DNA from: Octopus sinensis
Taxonomy: Eukaryota
DNA length: 64,000 nt
NCBI RefSeq assembly: GCF_006345805.1
Contig: NC_043003.1
Location: 78,368,001-78,432,000, forward strand
Direction of reading: 5' to 3'
Position numbers and translations under genes: made by a program. The notes beneath the pieces are model-generated. The model saw nothing but the letters and a program-made list of their open reading frames with translations. It did no database searches and was not told the origin of the DNA. Positions 1 through 13,249 of this stretch are shown here, piece after piece; position 1 is the stretch's first letter, and the number at the start of each line of letters is the position of its first letter.

Positions 1-421
1 ACTTTTGCTGTGGTCATCACATGACTGTATGGGCTTACAGAATGAAATCAGGCAATTGGCCAGACTGACACTTTCCAACCCATACTATTCATCACTGCAT
101 ATCTGAGTGTGCAGTTTGGACATCCTATTATTAGAAGGGTGGTTATATCAGTCATGACACCTCGTCCAGCTGATTAACTACGTACCATAGGACAACTCTA
201 TCAAGACTGTACCGGGGTTATACAACTATAACAAATATCCGAAGTCACTGCATCGTTGCTTAACCGTCGTTGCTATAATTTTCAGCCAAATCTCCTTCGC
301 ATTACAACTCTAATGTTCTGAAAACAGAAAATAAGTACCAGCAAACTAATACGTACTGACTCAAGGGTTTTATACTGTTCCTCTTACAAATGTGTACTGT
401 TGCGTTCTCGTTATCGGTTAA

Positions 422-1316
422 TTGCATACTCGACAGAGTGTAAATACCTTGAGAGAAAAGTTGGACCTAAGAAGCATCAGATGTGGTGTGCAAGAGAGAT
501 GTCTGCGCTGGTATGGTCATGTGGCGAGAATGGATAAGGATAGCTGTGTGAAAAAGTGCCATACCCTAGCGGTTGAAGGAACCTGTGGAAGAGGTAGACC
601 CAGGAAGACCTGGGATGAAGTGGTGAAGCATGACCTTCGAACATTAGGCCTCACCGAAGCAATGACTAGTGACCGAGACCTTTGGAGATATGCTGTGCTT
701 GAGGATACCCGGCAAGCCAAGTGAGACTGTAACCTCGTGGCCTATTCCAGGGGTGTAACCAGCCTACATATGCGTACCTTTCCTTCATTGGACGCTAAAC
801 TCTGCTTGCGAAGACCTGTTTAGGCAAGTGAAATCGAAATCAAATTCGATGACTGGCATCCTTGCGAGTGGAGCGCTAAGAGCACCATCCGAGCGTGATC
901 GTTGCCAGAGCAGCTAACTGGCTTCTGTGCCGGTGGCACGTAAAAAGCACCGTTCGAGCGTGATCGTTACCAGCGTCGCCCTATTGGCACTTGTACCGGT
1001 GGCACGTGAAAAAATATTCGAGCGAGGTCATTGCCAGTGCCGCTGGACTGGCTCATGTGCAGGTGGCACGTAAAAACACCATTTGAGAGTGGCTGTTGCC
1101 AATACCGCCTGACTGGCTCTCGTGCCGGTGTCACGTAAAAGCACCCACTACACTCTCGGAGTGGTTGGCGTTAGGAAGGGCATCCAGCTGTAGAAACTCT
1201 GCCAGATCAGATTGGAGGCTGGTGCAACCATCTGTTTCGCCAGTCCTCAGTCAAATCGCCCAACCCATGTTAGCATGGAAAGCGGACGTTAAACGATGAT
1301 GATGATGATGATGATG
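422..1316 (+). mobile_element. 5'-truncated RTE-clade LINE (ORF2 C-terminus, 3' UTR and (GAT)n tail)
   Basis: ORF 422-724 has the RTE C-terminal motifs LRWYGHVARM, RGRPRKTW and DRDLWR. It is followed by a ~570-bp UTR ending ...agcggacgttaaac(gat)n. Confidence 0.85.
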
Positions 1317-2129
1317 AATCGAATAGACCCGTTCATTTAGATAGTATGGGCCTTGTGCTTTGATAAAAACTTCCTGTATTCGATGGTGTATCGGTACAAA
1401 AGCCTCATATCTGATAAAAATCAATATAAGAGGCTAATTCAGCTTCGCATATACTCTTTAAGATAAAGTGCATTTTCATTGTTAAAACCAAACAGATGTT
1501 CTACGTACGATACAGTACATAGTAGATATTGCTGAATGGAAAATAAACCAGGCAAATTATGACATAACTGAAAAACATTATATGTTATTAACCCTATTTT
1601 TAGCACGTAGAAAATAGTTACGTTGGATCGGAGTCAAAAATGTACGCGCACGCGCACACACACGAACACACACACACGCACACATATATACTCACACACG
1701 CGTGCACACACAATCTATTTTTATTTAGCATCTTTATCCCATCGGAATGCTCATTCCTTGGTTTATCTTTTTCATTCTAGAAATATCTATGTGTATCGTT
1801 ACGTATTCCCATAACGATACAGTTGAACACAGCCGTGTTGCTAAACGTGTGAGACTGACGGACGAACGACTTATAAATCCAGATTCGGAATAGGTTGATG
1901 AGAGCTCACATGAGCAACAAACAGTCTAAGAAGAACTATAGTAGCTTAATTAAATATTGGACAGCGGTGAGAGATATTCTGGGATATATTTCAACCATGA
2001 AAACACACAAAACTCCCTTCTATTCCTCGATTAACAGTCAGTGGTACGAACTATCGGACCACGTCTTTGCCTCGTGGTAACTACATTTAGTTTAATTATA
2101 ACAATTTATATTCATTTCCTCACCGCTTT

Positions 2130-2353
2130 CTACTAAAGGCACAAGGCCTGAAATTGTGAAGAAACGGAGAGCCAATTATATTGACCTCAGTAGTCAAGTG
2201 GTACTTAGTTTATGGACCCAGAAATAATGAAAGGCAAAGTCGACTCCAGCGGCATTTGAACTCAGAGGAATTTGAAATCAGAACGTAAAACGGTAAGAAA
2301 TGCCGCTAAACATTTTGTCCGGCATGCTAAAACTTCCGCCAGCTTGCCACCTT
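2130..2353 (-). mobile_element. tRNA-derived SINE, family B (head ggcggcgagctggcagaa...gttctgagttcaaattcc)
   Basis: Matches the many other copies in the window; B-box-like GTTCAAATTCC on the minus strand. Confidence 0.7.
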
Positions 2354-2413
2354 TAAATTATAGTAATAATTATCTTTAATAATTATGCAAAACTATATAA
2401 GTGAAATGTAGAG

Positions 2414-3283
2414 GATAATCCTCATTGCGAGGCCTCTGACATAGCAGAACAAGTTGATGCCAGTCCCAGAACAGTTGTCAGGTATCTCTACAAACATAGC
2501 TACTATGGTAGAGCAGCTGGTAGGAAGCTACTTCTTCAACCTGCCAATATCAAGTGGAGAAAAGATTGGGCCAGTGAGATGATGGAGTGGTCGTTAGCAT
2601 TTTGGGACACTATCATATTCTCTGATGAGTCCAAATTTACTGTACTTTCTGACAATGGTCGGGTATGGGTCTGGAGACTCTGTGATCAAGAATTTGACAT
2701 GAAACGATTGCTACCAACAATGAAATAAGGCAGCTATTCTGTGATGGTCAGGGTAGCAATTTGGAGCAATTGTTGATAAGAGCTGGTGGAGTGTGAAGAA
2801 AACAAACTCAGATAAATGTGTCCATATTGCAGAAAGGACTCCTCCCAATTTTCTCCGATGGAGAAATGATTAAAGAAAACTCTTTATTTATGGAAGATGG
2901 GGCTCCTTGTCACACGGCTAAAAAGACCCGAAACTGGTTGGAAAAGAATGGCATTAAAAACTTCCTTGGCCAAGCCAGTCACCAGATATAAACCCTATTG
3001 AACATCTCTGGGGCATAATGGACAGGAACCTTCGTAAAAAGAAAAAAGAAAACATCTTCAAAGCCAGATCTTTTGAGATTACTGCATGAACCTTGGCAAA
3101 AAATTCTCCAAGACAATATTCATCTGATCAGTAGCATGCCTTATAGGATCCTTGCATTGAGAAATGCAAAGGGCATGTCTGCTAAATATTAGATATTCAT
3201 ATTATAATAACAAATAGATAATTTCAGATTTAAATAAATTTTAATGATTATAAGGGTGTCTATTTATTTCTGTCGTGTCTGTG
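2414..3283 (+). mobile_element. Tc1/mariner (DD34E-type) transposase pseudogene with probable 3' TIR
   Basis: Frameshifted translation gives WDTIIFSDESKF, FMEDGAPCHTAK and WPSQSPDINPIEHLW, with a stop at 3190-3192. The element ends ...ctgtg followed by TA at 3284-3285. The 5' end is missing. Confidence 0.9.
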
Positions 3284-3290
3284 TACATGC

Positions 3291-3712
3291 ATTGTCTTGG
3301 TATAAAAGATGGGCTACAACAAATGATCTGCTTATCTGTTGCTTGGCCTTAACTATTTGAGTATGTCACTTACTGGTTGATGATATGTGCATGTCTGATC
3401 ACAAGCAGAAGTAGTGAGGAGCATCATAACCATGTGTTGAGAAGAATTCTTTGGGGGTTTGAATAATTCACCCCGGAAACATGAGTGCTTCGTTCATTAT
3501 CCTTTATCAACCCATATTCAGGGACCTTTTAAACGGGATGGGCTACTCAATCTGAAGTTAATTCTAATTGAACCCCACCTGCAATGTCATGCGCTGTTTA
3601 ACTTGATATGAGATCAGCGTGTCGCGCGCATATGGTTGTGATTCATGTACCTGGTCTACCCTTGTCAGACGGGCTTCGTATATTTGTACTCCAGTGTCAC
3701 TTTGATGGCATT
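3291..3712 (+). mobile_element. Family D interspersed repeat, older partial copy
   Basis: Aligns by eye with 59881-60420 (gtcttggtataaaagatgggctac...gtcactttgatggca). Confidence 0.65.
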
Positions 3713-3790
3713 AAAAAAAATAATGGTGGAGGATGGTAGCGAAAGTAATAGTGAAGAAGAGGAAGATAAATGTGATGATGATGATGATCA

Positions 3791-3955
3791 AGTGCAGGAG
3801 TGGCTGTGTGGTAAGTAGCTTGCTTGCCAACCACATGGTTCCGGGTTCAGTCCCACTGCGTGGCACTTTGGGCAAGTGTCTTTTACTATAGCCTCGGGCC
3901 GACCAAAGCCTTGTGAGTGGATTTGGTAGACGGAAACTGAAAGAAGCCTATCGTG

Positions 3956-4015
<60 letters not shown>

Positions 4016-4225
4016 GTGTGTCTGTGTTTGTCTCCCCAACATCGCTCGACAACCGATGCTGGTGTGTTCATATCCCCGTAACTTAGCGGTTCGGCAAAAG
4101 GGACCGATAGAATAAGTACTAAGCTTACAAAGAATAAGTCCCGGGGTCGATTTGCTCGACTAAAGGCGGTGCTCCAGCATAGCCGCAGTCAAATGACTGA
4201 AACAAGTAAAAGAGTAAAAGAGTAA
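3791..4225 (+). mobile_element. tRNA-derived SINE, family A (internal (TA)n/(TG)n; tail ggcggtgctccagcatggccgcagtc...gaaacaagtaaaaga)
   Basis: A/B-box-like head (tggctgtgtggtaag ... ggttcagtcc), CORE-like ttgggcaagtgtctt, central microsatellite and conserved tail. Confidence 0.85.
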
Positions 4226-4614
4226 CCAATAAACCAAACGGAAATTTTTGATGAAGTGATGTCCTTTTATAACTAAAAAAGCAGTTTTATGAGGAGATTA
4301 TTATCAAAATATCAGATACCCACACCCATGTGATGTTCTCTCTCTTAAGTAATGACATGTGTGTATATATATATATATATAAAATGAAATTACATTTCAG
4401 ATAATATCAGACCTTTTAAACTAAAATTGTTACATATCAGACCTTTTAAACTAAATTGTTACAAGTCAGTCCTATCTTGTTTTCTTGTAACATTCGTTTT
4501 CCCACGAGAACAATTTTTACATGTGAATGAATTTATAAAATACAGGGGAGTTTCGATATTACAGAGAATTGAAACAACAGCAATGTCAATTCCTGGCGAG
4601 AAATTTTGTGGGGA

Positions 4615-5394
4615 GGCCCGAAAGTTTTAGGGGGAGGGGCCACTCGATTAGATCGACCCCAGTGCGCAACTGGTACTTAATTTATCGATCTCGAAAGGAT
4701 GAAGGACAAAGTCGACCTCGGCGGAATTTGAACTCAGAACGTAAAGACAGACGACATACCTATTTCTTTACTGCCCACAAGGAACTACACACAGAGGCAA
4801 CAAACAAGGACAGACAAACGGATTAGGTCGATTATATCGAGCCCAGTCCGTAACTGGTACTTATTTAATCGACCCCGAAAGGATGAAAGGCAAAGTCGAC
4901 CTCGGCGGAATTTCAACTCAGAACGTAAAGACAGACGAAATACCGCTAAGCAGTTCGCCCGGCGTGCTAACGTTTTTTATTTCTTTATTGCCCACAAGGG
5001 GCTAAACATAGAGGGGACAAACAAGGACAGACAAACGGATTAAGTCGATTACATCGACCCCAATGCGTAACTGGCACTTAATTTATCGACTCCGAAAGGA
5101 TGAGAGGCAAAGTCGACCACGGCGGAATTTGAACTCAGAACGTAGCGGCGGGTGAAATACCCATTTCTTTACTATCCACAAGGGGCTAAACACAGAGAGG
5201 ACAAACAAGGGCAGACAAACGGATTAAGTCGATTATATCGAGCCCAGTGCGTAACTGGTACTTATTTAATCGACTCCGAAAGGATGAAAGGCAAAGTCGA
5301 CCTCGGCGGAATTTGAACTCAGAACGTAAAGACAGACGAAATACTGTTGAGCATTTCGCCCGGCGTGCTAACGCTTCTGCCAGCTCGCCGCCTT
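4615..5394 (-). mobile_element. Tandem array of four family-B SINE units
   Basis: The gtcgac anchor recurs at 4711, 4895, 5112 and 5296 (spacing 184/217/184). Confidence 0.9.
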
Positions 5395-5892
5395 TGGACA
5401 TATTATAACTGACTTAGAACTGGTATTATCAAGAAACTAAATTGACACTCGGCAAATGATGGTACAACGCCTCCAACGATGATACCATGTTTGATTGTAG
5501 CATGGAGATCCACAAACTATAAAACACTTGTTGAGATACTTTCTCATACAAGAACTATGTCTTTGTACGTGGACTTTGCAATGTACGAAGTAGTTATAAG
5601 GAAATGTGTTTAGTTTTGCCTGAAGAAATTTTAGCAGGATGTGAAGCGGATAAAAAAAAAATAAATAAAGAGCATAACATAATATCTAACCCTTTATATG
5701 TTCACGTTTAATTATTGTTTTTAAGTGTGGGTGTTTACAAAATGTTTGATAATATCTCAGTCAAGGTCAGTTAGTGACTGTTTATGCAACAGAACAAAAG
5801 CATTAATAGCAATAACAAGTCAACGTAATCATTTGACACGTTAGAAATAGCATTCATATCTACCTCGAATCTTAAGAAAAGATAATTTAAAC

Positions 5893-6124
5893 CAGTGGTA
5901 CTCAACCGGCGTCCATATAACTCTAGGGGGTTCACATAATATTTTGTTGTTAAAATTTATGAGCAATTAAGTTGGTTATAATTGTACAATACACAATATT
6001 TTAGCAATCTTTTTTTAATATAATTCCAAAGGGAATTTTTTAAATCGTCGAATGGCAATGGGAATCCAACTGTATAAAATAGAAATGAAATGAGTCACAG
6101 GCAAAAAATGTTTGGGATTCACTG
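5893..6124. mobile_element. hAT (Charlie-like) MITE
   Basis: Termini cagtggtactcaacc ... tgggattcactg. The 8-bp flanks atttaaac and tcttagac form a degenerate TSD. Confidence 0.55.
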
Positions 6125-6397
6125 TCTTAGACAGTTTTGTGCAAGGTACACTATGCTTTAGGATAGTGAAAAGTGTATTCCTTTCTCAATTGAACTAAGT
6201 TTTTTAATATCACCTATTACTTAACACTTGCGCTATTCCGTGAAATATTCACGCTTATTTACGCGGCAGATATATGCAATCTTCTTTTATCAATATTATA
6301 ATGGAGAAAGCTTCTATATTATAACGGAGAAAGCTGCTTATTAATTAGGTGTGTAACAGTTACTAAAAGAAAGCAATTTTTAAAGGCTTGACCGTCT

Positions 6398-6965
6398 GGA
6401 AACTGATATCATAAGCCTCAAAGTTATACAGCTATTTTGTCTAATAGCATTCGTTCATTCAATAAATATTTTTTTACATTACATATATAGAATAAACTGT
6501 AGGTTTTTTCAAATAGCGAATTAAAACTTGAAATAACAACATTGAAATGAATATATATTAAATTTCCGTCTGGAAATTTTTTTATAAATTCATTTTCCAA
6601 GAAATTTCCAGTAATTTCGATTTCTGAAGTTTATTGAATATTTGAACTATAAGTTTTTCACAAATTTAAATATTCGTTGCATTCACTGCAGAGTAGACTT
6701 CAATGTTTAATAAACAATATTCGTTGCAGGCGAAATTTTTCTTTTTCATTTGTAACACCCTCTCACACTCTCTTGTCTCTATTTTCATTAATGATAACTT
6801 AATATATATTCATTTCAATGTTTTCATTTCAAGTTTTAATTCGCTATTTGCAAACCCACTGTTTATTCTATATATATAATGTAAAAAAAATTATTCATTG
6901 AATGAATGAATGCTACTAGACAAAATAACTGTATAACTTTGAGGCTTATGATGATATCAGTTTCT
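6398..6965. repeat. Imperfect inverted repeat (~165-bp arms, 6398-6560 and 6795-6965)
   Basis: aactgatatcataagcctcaaagttatac... is reverse-complementary to ...gtataactttgaggcttatgatgatatcagtt. Confidence 0.7.
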
Positions 6966-7391
6966 GGAATTTGTTAAATGAATATTTCTGATAAAATAAA
7001 AATTTCTTAATATACCGATATGATTAAAAAAAAAATTAATAAGTGATTTTGTTGATATGGCTGTTTGGAACGCTATAAGCCTTACAATAATAACTATGGG
7101 ATCGCACGCTAAACGAAGTTGGGTTACCTTGATGTTTGTTTAAATTAGAGATACATTACAACTACGATAGATTACTGAAAGAAATATTTACTAAGCAAGC
7201 GAGATTAGTTATAAATTGAAGTTTTCAGGAAAATTTACTTTCTGAACTTTCTTTTATTATTGAATATTTCAAGTTCACAAATTTAAATATTCGGTACAAG
7301 ATTGCTTTTAACGAGCTTTTATTTATACGACTTTTTCATTTCATGTTTATTTCATTCATTCTTTACAATGTTCTCACTTTACCCCACTGTC

Positions 7392-7404
<13 letters not shown>

Positions 7405-7450
<46 letters not shown>

Positions 7451-8186
7451 AACACACACATTATCTCTCTAATATAAATACACACAGACTCCAGACTTGA
7501 TTTTGTTATTACACAAATATCACATCAGAATTTTGCAATTCAACATGGGGCGTCCAAAAAAATATGCGACTGAAAATATCAATGTGAAAATATTATCAAG
7601 TGGGTAGCAGAAAACTGCCCAGAGGGCGATTTTCTGCCTCGTACTATTAATTATTACTAGCAGGACCCGTGAATATTTCACGGAATTAATGCTAAACCTA
7701 CTGGGTTATTTCTGAAAACTTTGTCCAAAACAACCTGAAAGCGTAGCCTGTGCTGCGCTTCTAAGGAAAGACAGTTGCTCATCGGCTACACATTGAAAAG
7801 TGAAAGAAAGTGGAATACGGTGATTACTTAATGCATTTTCTATACTTTATGCACAATTTTATAGACTTAATACAATGCACTCATAAAATAAATATTCACT
7901 CTTATTTTTCCATTTTCCCTATAAGCAAAAACAAAAATAAATATCCCGTACATGTGATAAAACTTAGTTAAACTAGCAGAAAATCGCCCTCTGGGCAGTT
8001 TTCTACTATCCACTTGGTAATATTTTCACATTGATAGTTTTAGTCGCATATTTTTTGGGACGCCCCATGTTGAATTGCAAAATTCTATTGTGATATTAGT
8101 GTAATAACAAAATCAAACCTGGAGTCTGTGTGTATTTATATTAGAGAGATAATGTGTGTGTGTGTGTGAGAGAGAGGGAGAGAGAG
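7405..8186. mobile_element. Two tail-to-tail non-autonomous Helitron-like copies plus a third Helitron 3' end between them
   Basis: Arms 7405-7637 and 7973-8186 are reverse complements. Hairpin plus CTAG-T 3' ends lie on the minus strand at 7973 and ~7657. Confidence 0.6.
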
Positions 8187-8524
8187 TCTACAATGTGACA
8201 AGTTTTAGAAGACGGTCTTCAGCGTGATTAGAACCCATGAGTTATGATTTTGATCCCTTTCCACACCCCTCTAATTTCTGAGGTCCTTTAAATATGTCCT
8301 GGGTGCAGCCCTTCACCTTTTGACCAAGTCATTAAAAATATAATACCATTATAGCTTTAATAAAAAAAGGAATGACACATTGAGTAATGTAATTATAAGT
8401 GCAGTATGCCTCACACACACACACAAATACGTCAGTTAGTAACGAAATGCCTTCGATCAGAGGACAGCTGGATCAAATCCGACTGGGATGGGTGTTAAAT
8501 ATAAACAGTCAACAGTATTAATAG

Positions 8525-9720
8525 CAGCAAGGCAGCGAACTAGCAGAATCGTTAGTACACCGGACAAAATACTTAGCAGCATTTCGGCCGTCTTTTCGTT
8601 CTGAGTTCAAATTCCATCGAGGTTGACTTTGCCTTTCATCCATTCGGGGTCGATGAAATAAGTAATCAGTGGAACGCTGGGGTCGATGTAATCGACTAGC
8701 TCCTTCCCCCTCGAAATTGCTGCCCTGTGCCAAAATTTAAAACATATATTATTGATAGTAGGAAGGTGGTGAGCTAGCAGAATCGTTTACACGCCGGATA
8801 AAATGCTTTGTGGCAATTTTTCCGGCCTTCCGTTCTGCGTACTAATTCTACTGAGGTCAGCCTTGCCTTTCATTCTTTCAGTTGGGCACTGGGATCAATG
8901 TAATCGACCAGTTCCCGACCTCCAAATCTTTTGATCCTTGTGTGTAGAAAAAAGTATTGTTTGTTCCTTCTTGAGCCATACCTGGCTCATAAGGGCCGGT
9001 TTCCCCGGCGTATAGGTTCCCCACCTGGACGGGACGCCGATCCGTCGCAGGTGAGCTGCAAGATACAGGAGAAAAGAGTGAGAAAAAGTTGTGGCGAAAG
9101 AGTCAGCAGAAGTTCGCCATTACCTTCTGCCGGAGCCACGAGGAGTTTAGGTTTTTCGCTCATAAACACACACATCGCCCGGTCTGAGATTCGAACCCGC
9201 GACCACGAGTCCGCTGCTCTAACCACTAGGCCATGTGCCTCCACAGAAAAGAATATTATCGGATTCAAATTTTGATACAAGGCCAATAATTTCGGGGAGG
9301 GGACTAGTCGATTACATCGACACCAATGCTTAAGTGGTGCTTATTTATCGATTCCGAAAGGATGAAAGGCAAAGTTAATCTCGGGGAAATTTGAACTTAG
9401 AACGTAAAGACGGTCGAAAGCGCGCTTAGCTTTTACTCAGTTAATGATTCTACCAGCCCGCCGCCTTAAGAAGGAATATTATTGACAGTAGAAAGGAGGC
9501 AAGCGGGCAGAACCCTTAGTACGCCGGACGAAATGCTTAGCGGCGTTTCTTCCGGTTTTTCGTTCTGAGTTCCAATTCCACTGAGATCGACATTGCTTTT
9601 CATTCCTTTCAGGGTCGATGAAATAAGCACTAGTTAAGCACTGGGGTCAACGTAATCGACTAATCCTTGACCTCAAATTTTCAAGCCTTGTGACTAAAGC
9701 AGAAAGTATATTAATGCTGG
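8525..9720. mobile_element. Cluster of family-B SINE remnants in both orientations (8525-8750 +, 8762-8930 +, 9280-9467 -, 9490-9700 +)
   Basis: Recurrent gttctgagttcaaattcc / gactttgcctttcatcc / gtcgatgtaatcgac motifs. Confidence 0.7.
8960..9244 (-). mobile_element. tRNA-derived SINE, family C1
   Basis: Head tggcctagtggttagagcagcggactcg...ggttcgaatc, body cctgcgacggatcggcgtcccgtccagg, tail atgagcc..ggctcaagaaggaac. A close copy lies at 51013-51308. Confidence 0.85.
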
Positions 9721-10336
9721 TAGAACTGCACTTTACGTTCTGAGTTCAAGTTAGCCTCCATCCTACCGGATTCGTTAAAATATAGCATCTGTTAATCAAC
9801 TATTATCAAGATCCCGAATTTGGAACCCTGTACCAACGTTAGGTATAAATTCATTATGGTTAGAATATATTTCCTCATGGCCAGCTGCATGCTCTTTACC
9901 CACTCCATTTCTTCTCTTGGAATGACTGTTCTTTAGAACTCTACTGTATCAAATATCTAATGTAGGTCATAATCACAAAGAAGAAAGCATAGCTTAGTAA
10001 CACTTAAGCTTCTGCTGTTGACCATTTAACCTTGGCTCTTGACTTCTCCGAAGGAAGTGAACCTACAATAAAGAATTAGCTATTGTGAACGAAGTAATAC
10101 ATATAAAATACCAGAAGTGGCGTGATGCATTCTGGGTGTCTTTTTTTTTAATGTATAATTTGGTTTTTAATTGTTGCAATTTTTTTAATGCGAGTTTGGT
10201 AAAGAATGGGTAAGAACGAGGAAGATACACACACATAGCCGCGCGAGCACTCGCACACGCATATGTATATACATTAGAGATGTACTGGCCTGGAAAGTGA
10301 TTTCATTTGAGATTAGACTGTTAGTGTGTGTGTGGA

Positions 10337-10730
10337 GTAGTAGCGTAGTTGAGAAATATGCATCAGTCCAACTGTGTGGCACCTCGGGCAACTACTACAA
10401 CCCTGAGCTGACCAAAACGTCGCGAGTGGATTTGATAGACGGAAACTGAAATGAAGCTGGTCGTACATACTTGCATACATATGTATATACGTGTATGGGT
10501 ATGGGTGTATGTGCATGTGTATAAATGTGCTTATGTCTGAGTGTTTCCTTGTCTTGACATCGTTACCGTCATACAAGCAGTGATTTTCGTTTTCAATCTG
10601 CCGTGAAAACATGTTCGGGCATGAAAAAATGTTTTGGAAACAGGTAAGGATTTGCGAAGGAAGGGCATAAGACATAGAAAATCTTTCTCAACGAATTCCG
10701 TCTGATCCATGCAAGAGTGAAAAAGACACA
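10337..10730 (+). mobile_element. Family-A-headed SINE with an RTE-type tail (degenerate)
   Basis: Family-A body (gtggatttgatagacggaaactga). The tail gaaggaagggcata...gatccatgcaagagtgaaaa resembles the RTE 3' end at 1180-1290. Confidence 0.55.
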
Positions 10731-10959
10731 CACACACACACACCACAGAGTTTCTGTCAAATGTAACCCACAAAGCTTTGATCGTTCTCTCTTTATCTTG
10801 TCTGATAGCAGATTCTTGAAAGTAGATCTTTTACATTTTGAGCACTTTAATCAGATCAAAGAATCACTAGTATCTGGTATCGACTTTAAGAGTGGCTCTT
10901 AATTTTATACATAATGTTTTTTAAATAAATAAACAAGTCAATAAATAATTGTTTCTACT

Positions 10960-11350
10960 AAAGGCACAGGGACTTGAAATTTTGGGAGAGCCGGGCTAGT
11001 CAATTACATCGATCCCCAGTGTTCAACTGGTACTTTATTTTATCGACTCTGAATAAATGAAAAGTAAAGTTGACCTCAGCGGAATTTGAACTCAGAACGA
11101 AAAGACGGACGAAATGCCGCTAAGCATTTTGTCTGACGCACTAATGATTCTGCCAACTAGCCATCTTAATAAATTATAAATAAATAATGTTTTCAAATTT
11201 TGGTACACAGCCATTAATTTTGAGGAAAGGTATAAAATCGATTACATCGACTCCAGTGTTCAATTGGTACTTATTTTATCTACTCCGAAAAGCAAAGTCG
11301 ACCTCGGCGGAATTTAACTCTTCACAAATAGACGGACAAAATGCAGCTAA
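10960..11350 (-). mobile_element. Two degenerate family-B SINEs
   Basis: Family-B motifs on the minus strand. Confidence 0.7.
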
Positions 11351-12079
11351 GCATCAATAAATAGATAAACGAATAAATAAACAATGATATTTCTTTAAAA
11401 CAAAGCAATTTTCTTGGTAGGGTGAGTCGGGGAGGAGGAGAAATTGTTGATGAATCCAATCTCTCAATACATGACTCATTTTATTGAACCCGTAGTCATG
11501 AAATTGAAAATTATTGACTGGGAATGTCAAATTCGACGGTGAGAAGAGTGAACAGAGGCGGAGGTGGAGGATGGCTGAACATGGAGTGTCTGAGAAGAGG
11601 TGGAACGAAAGCAGCTCCAAAGGAGAAGAGGCCAGTATAGTTGTGACAGAAAAGGTAAAGATTCGAGACGGTGCGTTTCGTATGAGATAGCGGCTGGAAA
11701 ATTTAGATGAGAAATTTCGTACTAATTAGTTGGGTGGCTTTTGGTGGGATGCGATCTTAGATACCTGCATGTGTAATAACAACAGTAGCACCTCCCCTAT
11801 GTGAAAAGAGTATTCCAAGGATTGTTAGTTCTCTAAAAGACAAGGCACGTTGTGTTTTATTGTTTCTTCCAGGTCGACCATGAGTAAACAGCGAGTCGTA
11901 CGTCTGCGTATAAGCGAAACATCTATTACTCCTGATATATCATACATCACTCTAAAACAAGACTACACTTTCTGCACCATCATTCAACAATTTGTCATAC
12001 GACTATGCCCTACAGATCCATTACTCCGGATTTATTATACATCTGTCTAATACAGGATTATAGTCTTGTCTACTCTAAT

Positions 12080-12447
12080 TTTGGAGGAGGGAGCTAGTCG
12101 ATTAGATCGACCCAGTACGCAACTGGTACTTACTTTATCAACCCGGAAAGGATGAAAGGCAAAGTCGACTTCGGCGGAATTTGAACTCAGAGCGTAAAAA
12201 CAGACGAAATACCTATTTCTTTACTGCCCACAAGGGGCTACACATAGAGGGGACAAACAAGGACAGACAAACGGATTAAGGCGATTACATCGACCCCAGT
12301 GCGTAACTGGTACTTATTTAATCGACCCCGAAAGGATGAAAGGCAAAGTCGACCTCGGCAGAATTTGAACTCAGAACGTAGCGGCAGACGAAATACCGCT
12401 AAGCATTTCGCCCAGCGTGCTAACGTTTCTACCAGCTCGCCGCCTTA
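12080..12447 (-). mobile_element. Two-unit family-B SINE tandem
   Basis: Sense junction aaagaaata|ggtatttcgtc at ~12211. Confidence 0.85.
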
Positions 12448-13249
12448 ATACAGGATTATATTCTGTTATCAAAAATACAATAATAACCGTATAGGTGTGA
12501 GTACATATAGAGTGCCTTATTGTTATTTAGCACCAGGTGAACTATGATAGTAAATTTACGATCATAGGCATTCCATTCGTGGCCAAGACCACCTTTAGGG
12601 GATATCTATAACTATATATATATCTTCGCTTTTTTAAGACGGTGAAACAGGAGCTAAAAATTATGCGACATGGAATTCAACTATAAGTGGCCTAAACTCC
12701 GCGTTGGAGCGTTAAAGGCAGGAAGAAAGAAGAATTTGAGGAGAGGAGGGTTCTCTCTTTTGCTAGCAGGTCAAGATGAACGCTTACAGGCTTCACTATT
12801 ACGTTTTGGTGATGATCATAGCAGTTGTGCATGAGATCAACTTAACCAGAGCGCCGATGTCTTTGGCAGTGTGTCTACTGAAACAATGTCTGGGTACTGG
12901 TAATGTTGGTAAGAGAATGCAAATTAGTTCGACTGCTGACATTTCAACAAAAAAATTAAGACTCTTTCTGGGTTTTCAGATGGAAAAGCCCTCAAGAGGT
13001 ACTTATAGAGAGTGTGAATCACTCACACACAAAGATGCGCGCACGTGTGTTATTACTAATGTTGTGGCTTGTGACTAAGAAAACCTACAGATGTTAATTG
13101 AGGAAAGGACTCGATACAAGAATTAGAGTTCAATGGTTTGAAGAAACTGACTGCTCCATCGGGGTTTCGGTGTGGATTGGTTCATTAAACAGTCTATTTG
13201 ATAAACTATCCTTGATTTGCATGTATGTGTGCTGGAATGTATATCAGTT

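Noticed and set aside
4615-5394. CRISPR-like periodicity in SINE arrays and at 54802-55275
   Set aside because: The DNA is eukaryotic, the units are 95-217 bp with no unique spacers, and there are no cas genes.
8931-9286. ORFs of 99-133 aa recurring at 8931 and 50891
   Set aside because: They are translations of family-C1 SINE copies, not paralogous genes.
12776-13078. 100-aa ORF MNAYRLHYY... in non-repetitive sequence
   Set aside because: No recognisable motif in any frame on either strand, and no PKG similarity. It may be an old TE but I cannot support a call.
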